A DNA stretch of 64,000 nt. It comes from Ascidiella aspersa. Taxonomy: Eukaryota. This document shows, one piece after another, positions 51,234-64,000 of this stretch; the stretch's first letter is position 1, and each line of letters starts with the position of its first letter. The position numbers and the translations under genes were made by a program. The notes under the pieces are model-generated. The model did no database searches. It had not been told where the DNA came from and saw nothing but the letters and a program-made list of their open reading frames with translations. The stretch is taken from NCBI GenBank assembly GCA_963924565.1, contig OZ004609.1, positions 29,078,001 to 29,142,000 on the forward strand, read 5' to 3'.

Positions 51234-54200
51234 TGTGATAACAGGTAAAAAAGTAGACTAATAAATAGTTAAAAAAATAACAGTATAACCTGGTATAACC
51301 TAATAATAGAAAAAGCATTAATGGACATAGAATAATTAAAACATAATTTCAATAATTAAATTTTATTTGAATTGACGACACTTTACTGTAAAAATTGAAG
51401 TACCATTAACAGGTTGTTAATAAAAAAAATTGATTTCTGTACAACCTGTATTTTGTAGAAAACTGAACGATCGCTGAACACCAATATGCATTTAATATTA
51501 AGCCATCAAATGATACAAATAATACTAACAACCATCAGTAACCCTAACAGTGGCGCTATTAATCTTGTGTATACCAATCAGGGCAAGTTATCATACAATC
51601 TTATGAAAAATTAATACAGCTTTGTATGAGTTTCAAAGAGCCAGGTCGACGCAAACACCGAAAAAATCTGCACAGGGCTGCTCTTAATCTATGGTCACTA
51701 AACAATTGTTATCTTTATAGTTCAACGTAGTAAATAAGGCGTCTTACTCCATTCATACTTTTACTTACACGTTTTGCTGCTTCTTGGTGACGCTGTACAG
51801 CTTTGCACGTGGCAAGATAATGTGGTTAGCGAAGCGTTGCAGGAGCACAACGATTCGCCGCCGATTCGAGCTCGGGCTTTCATTATTCGGCGAAAATCAT
51901 CCGAAAGATCCTGATTCACTTGTTTCCGCCCTTATTTTTTTACTGGAGCATGTTTTCACTTTTTTTTATTTTTTTTTATCTGTTTAATACTTATCTTGTT
52001 TTAAAGATCACCTTTTATAAATCCTAAATTTGTGAAACGTGAAAAAACAAAAATAAAGTTGCTAAGGGGATGTAGTACATTTTTCCTTTTTGAAAACAGG
52101 TTAAAAAATTGCAATTTTAAAACTTTGCCTTTAGGCTGTTACCTTAAATTTTCAGGGGTGGATTGTTGAATATTCAACTTCTTTTAGTTACATAAATCGG
52201 TAAAATACTGGCTGAAGCTTCGAAGGCGGACTGTGGACTCCACGAAATCGCACATTTTACTCGAGTTTAATTTTTGTCTGGAGTCCACAGTCCTCCACTA
52301 GGGCAGCGAGCGTTGATTTTTGAAACTCTTTCTATGTTAGGCCAATCCCAATATTAGACATAAAGATTCGAGACGATTTTGCCCTCTGGATTTTTTAATG
52401 CGAAGTTAATAGAAAGTCTAGGTGGGCCACTTTTGCGGAAACACGTCCATTACTGCCATCTTTGACGGACTTATGTGTCCAAATTCGAGTGATGACCCAG
52501 TAGTACCTAAACACTGTTTAAAGCCACTCTGGTCTTGCACATGGCCAAACAAATTATATAATACCCAAAAGGAAACTTACAGGTCCTAACCAACATACTA
52601 TTTAAATAAAAACTGACATCGCTTTATTCTGCCGGTAACAGCAGGTTATGGTTTTAATATTTAAATCTGCTGTATTCAATCAAAAAAACATAATGACAGC
52701 AAACGACATGCTGAACTGTCGGTTTAAATTTACATCTATAACAAGAACAGGGATTTTCTCAAATCGTAGAAAGTTTTAACGTTATCTTGTTGTGTATTTG
52801 GCGTTTTCAGGGGCCGCAGCGAAGCACACTCGGAACCACACCAGGCAACAGAAACGAAAAGTATATTGCACTCCTGTAGGGCAACGGATAGGGAAAGAGC
52901 AACGAACGAACGAACGAACAAACGGCGAACAACCGGTGCACAAGTAAATATACTATGTCGAAATGCAAGTCCACTATCTAGTGACTGCGTCGCCGATGAC
53001 ATTATAACTATAACACGTTATTGTCTCACAACGACATTTCAAACAGGCGTAAAATTCAAGCTGGTCCCATTATGGACTGTGTCTTTAAAGCAACTGATAA
53101 CACGTTATTTCAGTCAACAACACGTTCATGTAACGAAGTATCCACCAGCGTTTCGATAGCAAGTTTTACAATCTTCTTATGGTGCATGAAATAAGCTGGA
53201 AGCAACACCGGAAGGTTTTACGGCGCCCAAACGGGCCACTTGCGCTACAGAAAAGGAAGCAAGCAAACTGAAAAAAGGTAAAGCGCCTTGGTACGCATTG
53301 CTATTTTGAATTCAAGCGAAATGTGAGGCGTTTTGCTATTGAAAGGGACATGGAACTAAAGGCGATAGAAAGCAAAACGAAATTACCACTAAAATATTTT
53401 TTTTTAATTTTTTTTCGGAAGAAGAGGAAGCCAAACACACGAAGGGCGCTTGCGGGATTGTTTTTAGGTTTAACGAACGGTGGTTTCTTTGTAAGAGCCT
53501 TTTATCCAAACAAGAAACCCTGCAGGACCATATTCGCGATGTTGGGTTTCCCCCCTTTATATACAAGAGTGTTTTTAAATCGGAAACAAATACAATCGAA
53601 AAACAGCCAATCGCGTATTAGTTTCTCCCCCAAAAAACGACATCCAAATTCTCAGGACGATGCAGGTAATTATTTTGGGGCCATATTTGCGAGGCGAAGG
53701 ACCATGACGCAGCATTCTAGTTTTACAATAAGACGTCAATGCAGGGTGACGCAGCACTAGGAAAACAAAAGCAACGCAAAAACAGGAACGCTTTGGAAAA
53801 AGCAAAGTGAAGCAATTTGGGTATAGTTGTTGAAGAGCGGGCAGATTGCGCACAATGCGGAAATTCAGTTAAAGTATAGTACGTATACAACAACACGGTA
53901 AATTACCAGTTTCAACTTGGCACCGTTTAGTTATTTGCCGTTGCTACGAAGGGGGCGCAAAGCAGTACGCACAAAACAAATAATTATTTTGATGAGTTAT
54001 AGTTGTCGCGACATGAAAACTGCTTAAATTTTTACGGTTAGATGTTCACGGAGACGAGTATACGACGAATAACTTGGTTTGCAGTACTAATCACAGTAAT
54101 TGAAAACGGATTGTCAAGATGTGCGAAACGAAAAATTAGAAATAATTGTTATGGAGTACGTCTTACACAAAGTTACTGTGTTCACTAACTTGGTTTTGAG

Positions 54201-55269
54201 GTTCATTTAATATTTTCATTTGGCCGATTTCTTTCTGATTTTGAGATAAAAACTACATACTACCATAATATCGTTAATGTGTGTAATTCGCAAACACAGT
54301 GAAAAAAGCAGAAAGGGGTGAAACAGAACAGCGTGAATTTTGACTTCGCGTGTAAAAGCAAGAGCGAAAAATTAACCTTCAGCGGCAAGAAAAATAAATG
54401 CACCCTACGCACAAAAAAGGACTATAAATCGTAAAATAACAAAAAATTTGAACCGGACTCATAAGGTTTTCGCCAATTGGCAACCGGATTTATGGGCCTT
54501 TAGAAGGCGCTCAATTGGAATTACGACAAGTTAGAAAAGCACGCGCATATTTTGTGCAGTTTTTCCTGTTTTATTTTTGAAACGTTGCGGATTAGATGAA
54601 ATCTTGAGGGCCACCCGATTTTCGATCACGTCAAAACCTTAGCAGCCTCGGGTCCAACTATTAGCACGCGGGTGTAAAAAAGGAAACAAAGAGTGTTCAT
54701 ACAGTACCGGCGACATATTCTCGGACAGCGAATTGATTGTTGATAGGTAATATTAGCAAACTTTCCAAAAATGTAAGCGTTTTTGCCAATAGGGATGTTC
54801 GATACCTTTCAAGATATTTTGGACAGAAAACGTAAATTACAAATCTTTAAAAAGGGACAAATTAACATAATAAAAAAGTAAAACTAGGATGAAAAGTTCA
54901 TAGGATGACGTCTTAATTTTAATGGACTCACCAATCGGTTTCGATAGCTGCTCTACCTTTTCAGGTAGCTATCACAGCGTTGCACATCTTGCAATGCTGT
55001 AATGTGAAGCTTAACAGAACATTCGTTCGACGATCTAGTATCGCACGTCTACTGATAAACAGACGTGTTATCTATAATCCAATATAGTTCGAAAGTATTA
55101 GACATACCTACTGGCAACCGCTCGCGTTCAGCGAACGAAGCTTGGCCTAACACACAGCAAAAAAACACAGCCACAAAAAAAGGGAAAAAGGAAACGAACT
55201 TTTCGCGGAGGAGCAGAATAAGAAGGAAAAAGCGAGCGACGCGTGAAAACAAATAGGGGTGAGGGGTGG

Positions 55270-58200
55270 TCAAATGGATCGGACCTGGGGAATACCCAGG
55301 ACGGCCTGGCCGACGCCGAGAAAGTAGACGGACTGGGCGATGCCGAAGAGGGGCGCTATGGCGAGCACTCGAGGCTGGACTCCGCGGAAGAAGGAGCGAA
55401 TGCCCTCTTCTTTGTAGATGCGCCTGCAAACAGAAATACACGTTAGATTAGAGGGGTTTATATCAGGTTTGCCAGCAACTTAAACAAATTTAAAAGACGT
55501 TTAACGATTTTAAATACGTTTTTAATACTTAAATTAGATTAGCCAACTCGACGTGTTTTGAATATAATTCGAAAATAAAACAGTTAAAATCTGTAGAATG
55601 GTCAACAAAATAAACTAAATGTCTAGAAGTTTGTTTTTCCACAACAAAACACTCAAATTAATCTGCACATCTGATCAAAGACTTTTAAAGATCCAAAGAC
55701 TCGTGACAACCCTGTACACGAAGAAGGTTAATGGACTTCGGTTCAGGTGTGCTATGGAAGAATGTGTTTGAGCGAAAAGCACTGCGAATGCAGTGGATAA
55801 ATGGGTGGGTTAATCGTTGGATTGCAGAAATAAAGTGTAGGTCGGTGACGAAAATTTGAATTAAGGACACACGTAAGGACAAAACGGTGGTTAAGGTAAA
55901 GTCAGAAACACGCTTGTCGGTATAAAAGCGTATTCAGATCTACAGAGTAAATTATCACGCTGAAGAACTATACTTAATTATCTTGTTTTTGTTGGTAAGT
56001 TGTTAGACTTATTATCGGAAGCATTTGAATCACGCTCGCTTCACATAAACAGTAAACTTTCGAAAACTTACACATTATCTAGGTCTTACTGTAGAGCAGG
56101 GGTTCCCAACCTTTTTTGCTGCTCGTACCCCTTTGTCAGGTCAGAGCATTCTTCGTACCCCCAAAAAATTATTATGGAATCTTTCAGATATATATTGCTA
56201 AATTACATTGCTTTTGTACCTCCATTAAACGTTAACCTGGTATTTCGCACACAAATCGCAAAAATAAATTAAACGTCAATTATTTTGTTTGTCACTTCTT
56301 AGTGGGATATGTGTTGCGACTTCATTGATAAAATTCGCTTAAACGATGGTCGATTTTATTCAAGGAAAATTAAGATTTCACATTTGAGATTGTTTTGTAT
56401 TCTAGACCCATGTCTATATTTGTTTCGTAAATTGTTCGGCCAATACCTCCGGAGGCACAACCGATTTCTGTGCCCCAAATACTGTATTTTACACTCTAGT
56501 TCCAGAGATGAATAATAGTGGCTGTTTGTAGCAGATTTACAGAAACAGTATATTGAATGCATTTATCTGAGCATTTTGTTTCTAACTTTGTGATTGGTTG
56601 TTGATTGCTGACAGCAAGTAAATTTATATTCATTTCTCAATCTCTTGACGACAGACGGTGCAGTTAAAATAGCGGATTGTTACAAGACAATGAGGTTTCT
56701 TACTAAATAATAACAAATGTAGATATTTGATTTTTTTTTTCAATGCAAAGACCGTAATGGCATAATGTAATTTACAATTCCAAAATAAAACTGTACTGTT
56801 AAATCTGTCCCAGGGGTACGAGAACCCCCGGTTGGGAAGCCCTGCTGTAGAGTAAAGTAGGTCGACTTTCCAAAATGTTGCATGATTTTTACACAGCACG
56901 CATTTCTAATTTTTTGGCAAACATTAAATATCCGATGTGGTTGAACGAAAAGTGACAAACACACACCTGAAACAGTCGACGACGCCAGTGTAGTTGTCGG
57001 TTGCACGGTGAACAGACTGGAGTCTGGTCTTTACCACTGAAATATACACAATTCAAATTTGAAGCGATTAATTAACAAACACTTAACAGAATCCGGTAGA
57101 GCTTGTAAAACTTCAATCACAGATTTAAATCACCAAAATAGTCAAGCATCTCTTTGCAGCCGAAATCCAACTTAAGTGGTGAAACTCGGCTTTAAATGTA
57201 TACACATACAGATATCGCATGGCGGTAAGTGTGAAACATAAAAAATAACGAAAATACAAGTCGTAGATCATTGTTTTTATTTCCCGAAATTTATTTTACA
57301 AAAAACAATTTCAAATATGCAAAAAAACATTATATCTTGCGGAGTAAATACCGGAAGAGGTCTCAAAATGTTTTCAAAAATAAATATTGGAAGCAGATTT
57401 TTCAACTGGACAACGTGAACTAACGGAGAGTCAAAATGCGACCCACAAGGCCATACAATGCGGTCTGTGATTCGTTTTTTTTGTTTATTAAAAATGACCT
57501 CTTACATTTTTTACAACCATGCGCCCCATATTTGCCCACCTCTGATCTAAAGCATATTAGATCGCATGAATAGAAAAAGAACGTTAGGATAAATCTCCCT
57601 GATCCTTGCAATTCATCCTAGCTATTTGATTTTAGTAATCTCTGTTATTACTCCGTCGGAAGTTGTATAAGCAATTAAGCATATATTTTAGATGCACCCT
57701 CGCTCTGCGCATGAGGATATACACTACAGCACATCAGAAGGTGGCAGCTACATAACACGACGCCCACTCACCGTCCACGGGATTGACGGCGGCAGCGGCG
57801 ACAGCACCGGCCGTGGCGGCCGACAGGAGCGACACGATGAAGGGAGATCGGGTTGAGTCGGAGTCCTTCATGCCGAACCGGTTCAACTTGGCGAAGAGAG
57901 GAAAGTAGATCATCGAGAAGGGGACGTCCCTATTTTGAGGTAAGAATGGCGTAAAATATTTTTCAGTAGAGGCTGGGATCGCGGAACTGTAGGTTTGGCT
58001 CTGATTTTTCGTGAAAGTTTAACCTTTAATCTCCATAAAAGTGATTTTAGACAGTTGTGTAGTAAATGATATGCCCACTTCGAAACACCTTATTGGACAA
58101 AAGACCGATCTTCTAGGTATAACGCATTAATTCTATACTATACTTTTGCTTTTACCCTGAAAAGGTCATTGGTCTAGGTTTAACTGAATCGCTATGTTGT

Positions 58201-60118
58201 GTAAATATATAAGGTATTGTATAACAAACCCATGGTTCAACATAAATTCTTACATAGGTTATTTTCGCATTGAAATAGAGTAACAGGGACTTCACCACTG
58301 ACCTGAGTAGGGTTGCGAAGACTCCACGGTAGAATCCCGAAATACCATAGCGTTCGTAAACCACGAGGAAGGAATTTTTGCGATGGCCGCCACTTGCTGC
58401 AATCGAAAGTAGTTTGCATTAGAAGTGTTCTATTGTGGCCAGAAAGGTAAAATACAGAATCTATTTAGACGTCTGAGCCTGTGTAGCTCAGCTAGTAGAG
58501 CGATGGTCCCGATAATGGCCGCAGTTCGTGAGTTCGAACCTCACTGCACGACTGCAGGCTAGGTATTTTTTAGTCTGTCCTGCTTGCATCAGTCGACCGA
58601 TTTTTTCGAGGGCTTCCGGTGTACTGTGATGCGTAAGCGGTAATAGTTGGCCAAAAATCAACTTTAGAAGGGCTAGATCACAGTTGTTGATGTATGTGTA
58701 TCTTTTTATTTAGATAAATATGTGTAGAAAAAATAATCATGCTTAGAAAATCAACCCAACAGCACAATAAAATATATTTCTTTTTACACCAACTTACTGC
58801 AGTTAAATGCTGAATATTTAAAATCATGACAGGAAACAGCTTCACAAATAATGATATGCTATTATCGTAACATTGCACTGATCAAATATTAAGTACCGGT
58901 ACGCTCGGTACGCTCGTTCAGTATTTGAAATTTTAATATCGTTAGTAGTAGAGATGTCCGATACCTGACAATTGATTCCGATGCCGATATTTTAAACAAA
59001 TAATATCGCGATCATGTCCGATTATAATGACTTTAGTATTTTAAACAAACAAAATAGACTAAAATAGAACCTTCAAAGATAAGTTTCGCAGGTTTTTAGG
59101 CCAACATTTGCTTTGGTATTAAGAAGTTTACTTAGCATCAATTGTTAACCTATGCTATGTTTTGATGAATTTACTTAGAAATTGCCTTGGTTCGGAAAAC
59201 TTATGTTGGAGCTAAGCTTATCCTATCAAAGTACTTATACGTGATGCAGTTTTTAACCTCTCACACCAGTAACAGTTTCACTAGAGATTCCATCTTATTA
59301 AAAATGCTTTTCGCCTAAATGGATTTTGTTATTATCAGAACGTCCCTTTATCGTGGAACTGCACGTAAACCGATTTGCGGTTGATTGGAATGCGTCGTGG
59401 CGAAATGTAATTACCCATTAGCTTGCCGCAGTTCGATAAAATCGATAACACAACGTCAACGATTGGTAATGTTTCGCTTTCGACATGCTTATCGGGACAT
59501 TATATTAACATTAACCGGTTTACGAACCACCGAAAAACTTTCATTAGGATAATGGGCAAAAGCCAAACGAGCTATATTGGGGGCCAATTCGAAATCGTAC
59601 AAGCTGGAAAAATGAAAAGAAATCGCGAGTAAGTTTATGCGAAAACCTCAAACGCCTAACACTTACTATACATGTGGCAAAAAACATAGAACGCTACATA
59701 AAATGTTATTAAAGAAAGGCGTTTGAACACGTAATTTCAGGTCATATGTCAGGTGGGTTTAAAAGAAAAAAATAACGTATGGTAATGGATCACTAAATTT
59801 ACAGAAGAGCACCGCTTTAAAAATTCTTGTTTAATGGGAGTTTTTGCGTCTTTTTAACAAAAAATACCGATTACTTTTAGAATTGTCATAGATTTTAGAT
59901 ACAGCGGGTAAAAAGAAATTCTAAGCTATAGACTTTTTTATATGAATGGACACCAAAATGGACACCAAAACTCCCAAGTGTTTACAGTGATACGAAACAA
60001 ATCATGTGTTTATTCAAACTGCGTTACAAGTGAAGGAAGACTTACAGTGAAGTGCATTAATCCTTCCCGCATCTTGCCCGTAGATTTTCATCACTTCCAT
60101 CGGAGCGGTGACCACCAC
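55270..60118 (-). CDS. SLC25A22: Mitochondrial glutamate carrier (SLC25A22/SLC25A18-like), 3' five exons; 5' exons not identified, probably beyond the window
   Basis: Exons 60046-60118 (VVVTAPMEVMKIYGQDAGR), 58303-58396 (GFYRGVFATLLR), 57772-57929 (DVPFSMIYFPLFAKLN..NPVD), 56967-57036 (VVKTRLQ) and 55270-55423 (IAPLFGIAQSVYFLG). Confidence 0.9.
56097..56844. mobile_element. hAT-type MITE
   Basis: TIRs CAGGGGTTCCCAACC / GGTTGGGAAGCCCTG, perfect TSD CTGTAGAG, CGTACCCC subterminal motifs. Confidence 0.9.
58476..58640 (+). mobile_element. tRNA-derived SINE
   Basis: A box TAGCTCAGCTAG and B box GTTCGAACC, followed by a non-tRNA body. A related truncated copy lies at ~15811-15900 (GTGAGTTCGAACC...TGCTTGCA..CCGA). 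Confidence 0.7.
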
Positions 60119-61455
60119 CTAACGTAAAGCAAGAAATGTTTAGGACGGGACGGCAAGGCAGTACAAAATTATAAAAAAACGAGGTATTTATAGCATGTAC
60201 CAAGGTATGTGGGCGAATAAACTGCGGCAAGTCATAGACCAAAGTTCCAAGGAAACAAAATTGAGTCTATTTTCTTATCGTACCACATTTACAAAACGAG
60301 CAATCTTGTGACAAAAATATTGTCACCAATTAAGTCGAACCGTTAGCTTTTTGATATGATAAGAAAGTTGACCAAAGAACACTCATTTTACGTAAAGCCT
60401 TGTTTACAAAAGTGGTTACCGACCACCTTGGGGTGCCAATTCTATCGCTCAAGGGTGCCGCGAGGTATTTTGGACTTTTTAGGATTATATATTTTGCTCT
60501 ATTGGCAAGTTGTTTGTGTGCAATTCAAGTGCGATATAAATGGTCTCCTGATATAAACCAATTTTTAAGCGCAAATTTGACACTGACATTTAGATAAATG
60601 TAATTGTATGCCTGTTATTTTTATTTTGTTTATTGTGACATTATGGCAAATCACTAGCAAAATCACTAGTAAGGGTGGCGCAAGCTGAAAAAGGTTGGGG
60701 ATCTGTGGTTTAGAACATAATTATGTGCCACCTTGTCCCAAGTCTCGCCTGGAAACTGTAATGAATAGAAGACCACTCTGTGTGCATAAGAACTTGGGGA
60801 TATCAACATTGCCTCTGTACAGATCAAATTGGCCAAAATGACAGGAAATCATCGGGATGCAACAAAGAAAGATTTCCCACCGAAAGCGCGCGCCAAAGCC
60901 ATGTCGGAAACGACGCATTATCGAGCTCCGCGAAACCGCACGTCGCTCCTTATCATCTGCCCTTTTTAGCCGATCATCAATAATGCAGCGCTGCTCTAAC
61001 AAGGAAGGTCGTACCGAGCGGCGCACAAAGTTCGTTTTTTTTTCGCCAGTTGTAACATTTTCCCCGACACGATTATAATTTGCCTCTCGAAAGGTAAGAT
61101 TAATTATAGAAAAGGCTTCGCGCACACGCTGTAGGGTATTCTTTTTTGTGGACGTGGCACGACCTTTCCGTTGTACATTGAACATGACAGTGAGTGGTGA
61201 TCGCGGCGTAAAAAAGGCGGTTGCTGTAACTTTCAAACTAGTTGGGTTGCTCTTATTTTTTCATGTAAAGCGTGTGGTTACGTGCCGTGTACATTAAGAC
61301 AGTTTAACAGTACATTGGACTTATTTTCGATGAAAGACTTTCCCAAATGTTTAAAATTCTTAATGAGCAATGTCTGCCTCATAAAAACAAAACTTGGGGA
61401 GATTTTTTTTTACTTTTTTACGCGGGTTACGCAAATAACTATCATTGCTCCCGAT

Positions 61456-62195
61456 TAGGGATGTTCAAAGTAGAATATCGAATCCTTGCATTCGAATCCA
61501 GATGGGCGACTAATTACTTCGCGTTTCGCGATAACGTTCGTCTAATAATTATTGACACAATCAAGCATTATTGGGCGAGCGACTAACGTGTAATTTCAGG
61601 TGGGGGAGTTCCCAATTTCCCTAAATGCGTGAAGTTGCAAACGTAACATTACGCTGTAAGAGGTGCTGGATGTCGACCAAATGCGCTATAGGGTTACTTA
61701 AGGTCAACTTTAGGCCAATATTCAGCGAGGTTATACAGTAATGCACAGCGTAATTGTCAAGTATTCGTTATGTCAATAGTCACTTTGTATTCTTTGCAGT
61801 ACATTATTTGACTGCATAACAGATCATTTTATTCAAAAAAGAAGCACAAAAATCCAACAATGCTTTAAAAAACAGGACGGAATTGCTAAAGGGTTCTGTG
61901 TGCAGTGTTGCATTGTACTCACTATAGACAAAAATATAAGTTTTACAACAACTTGGACAGTTGACATATTACAGTTTACACAACTGCTTCAAATGACAGT
62001 TGTTAAGAATGTTAAACATATGGAAGATTTTTTCATTATGATGTACACATGTTAGCAAAAAATCCCTTCCCCAAACAAAATCGAGGTTAAATAATTTAAT
62101 AAAATTATACTAGGATTCCATATTTTGGATTCGTTATTCTAGATTCAAAACCTATTATTCTAGAATACCTTGGTATTCTACTTTGAACATCCCTA
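61456..62195. mobile_element. hAT (Ac-like TAGGGATG-ended) MITE
   Basis: 22-bp TIRs TAGGGATGTTCAAAGTAGAATA / TATTCTACTTTGAACATCCCTA, perfect TSD CTCCCGAT. Confidence 0.92.
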
Positions 62196-64000
62196 CTCCC
62201 GATATTCACATTTTATGTCAATTTAGAACACCTTGCGTTAGAATTTCATAAATTAGGTTGTTTTAGCACGGTAATGACGTTAATTGTTATGGGGTCGGAC
62301 TGCCATACTTTTCGCCAAGTTATCGTACATCGGAATCGGAATAAAATACCACGTATTGAACATCCCTTTATTTTATTTCAACAGAAAACGCATACACGCA
62401 ACACATGGCCGTTGTATAGAGAGCCTCATTGAAATATGTTACAAAAAAGTGCGAAACTTTACGTGTCAAAAAGCCTCACAGTTATCACGTCCGAATCACT
62501 GCCTAGCCACGGATCAGACCAGATGGTAGGCTCGAAAAGTTGGGTGTCTGCGGGCCGCATTGCAAACCGCAAACACGGATACGCGTAAAAGTTCGATCTG
62601 CGGAAAAGTTTGTAAACTTTAACAGGCTCTCCAAGGCAATGTTTTATGGTCAGGGTTACACTGGAAGTTTCCAACAGCGCAAACAGTACGGAACGCTGTC
62701 TGGTCGAAGACTTAACTCTATTTGTCCTAGATTTAAACATCGTCTATCGAGCGGCCCCCTGTGACGCACTTGCATAATTTATGTTCAACGTCTTAACGCA
62801 CGTCTTTAACAGAAAACAGTTCAAGAAGTAATTCTTTTGGCGAATCTAAACAACAGATAAAACAGCGATTGGGTTCCATTCCGAATTGTAAGGGCCAAAT
62901 TCAAAGCATCAGGTTACATCCAAATGTAATGCCAGAGATTTAAAGCAGTGCTTGCATATACTGACGTCATGTATTTCGATGCTAAAATTACGACTCGTCT
63001 CCCTGTTTTTGTGAAACACAATTTTATGCCGCGTAAAATGCCTACGAATGATAAAACACTGTGGAACAAAATGTGCTTGTATTAACTGTATGTATCAGAA
63101 AATATTCCAATAGACTAGAGACAAGCTACATACATTAAGATAGAGGTCACATTGGTCGACGTGAAGTAATTAATTAAGGTTATACGCGATGTTTGAATCA
63201 AGCAGGCCAATCGCCTTGGGACCAGCTGTACACGCCAGTAGAGGCACACAGTCACTTATAAAAGTTATTGTAATATGATTATCAAATTGGATCTTGTGCG
63301 ACCAGAAACAGAGAGTTTAATACTTTTTTTAATTCAATATCAATTTGTCTTGTCTGTAAATAGCCTATAGCCTTCTAATAATCAGGCGTAGACTGTCTTG
63401 TCAACGGTTAATTTTAATACAAATATGTTTTGCTGTCTACTATATTTTACTGTACATAAATGCATTTATTCTCTCTGTTTATGTTTTTTTAACGAAAGTA
63501 AACAATTTATCCATTTTTTTACTTATCCTGAACTCAAGGAGTATACTTCTAACAAATGGCGAGTATTAGTTGCCCATATGTGTGTATCGTATATATTTCA
63601 ACCGACATCAAACCATTTGCGCAACCCTGGCCAATTATGATTAATTTGCAAACAGTTCGTTAACATCTAACATGAGATCAACAGATGCGGAAAGTACACG
63701 ACCCTCATAATCAGACAGTATAGGTCGAAGGGTGTACAATCACTTCCCGCAACATGCTTTAAATCATATCCGGAAATATAATGGTGTACACTGTACAGAG
63801 TGGACTAATCATAATTATTGTCACAGTTAATGACCGATTGTCACAAATAAAACACCAAAATACCGACAGTTTTGTCGTGTTTTATCGGCTTGCGTTTTAA
63901 AGAAACCTAACTCAACACGACTTTGCAAAGGCGTAAAACGATGTGGCAAAACGTAAAGCGGTGTGCAGAACGACGCTTTGCAGAAAACGCAAGGTTAAGA

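Noticed and set aside
58476-58550. tRNA gene
   Set aside because: A and B boxes are present, but there is no convincing cloverleaf or acceptor stem, and the downstream body is shared with a dispersed copy, as expected for a SINE.
60721-61236. 171-aa ORF and other short ORF-track calls (e.g. 22669-23145, 31320-31697, 36198-36518, 46467-46886, 53323-53760)
   Set aside because: No recognisable domains, mostly non-ATG starts, and located in introns, UTRs or intergenic DNA; probably chance ORFs.
58949-62367. One large hAT element capturing an SLC25A22 exon
   Set aside because: No matching TSD; the ends are better explained as separate members of one MITE family.

Overview
AT-rich, intron-containing animal genomic DNA, most likely an ascidian tunicate (inferred from an exact Ciona-type spliced-leader 16-mer, an animal tRNA-iMet PBS and chordate-like proteins). 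All host genes are on the minus strand. In transcription order they are: the 3' five exons of a mitochondrial glutamate carrier (SLC25A22/18-like), AK2, a PRL phosphatase (PTP4A), a decayed SLC22 paralog and an intact 11-exon SLC22A15-like transporter. Intron 6 of the intact SLC22 gene holds a young full-length Copia (GalEa-like) LTR retrotransposon. Both of its LTRs contain the exact 16-nt ascidian spliced-leader exon ATTCTATTTGAATAAG behind a U/GU-rich, outron-like tract; this is the most striking observation. Other notable features are an inverted duplicate of the PTP4A terminal exon (109/109 identical in the exon, diverged outside it), a possible pseudogene-headed SLC22 operon and a uORF-rich spliced PTP4A leader. 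Many hAT-type MITEs, a tRNA-derived SINE and two local tandem arrays fill the introns. Exon coordinates were read by eye from GT-AG junctions and frame continuity.
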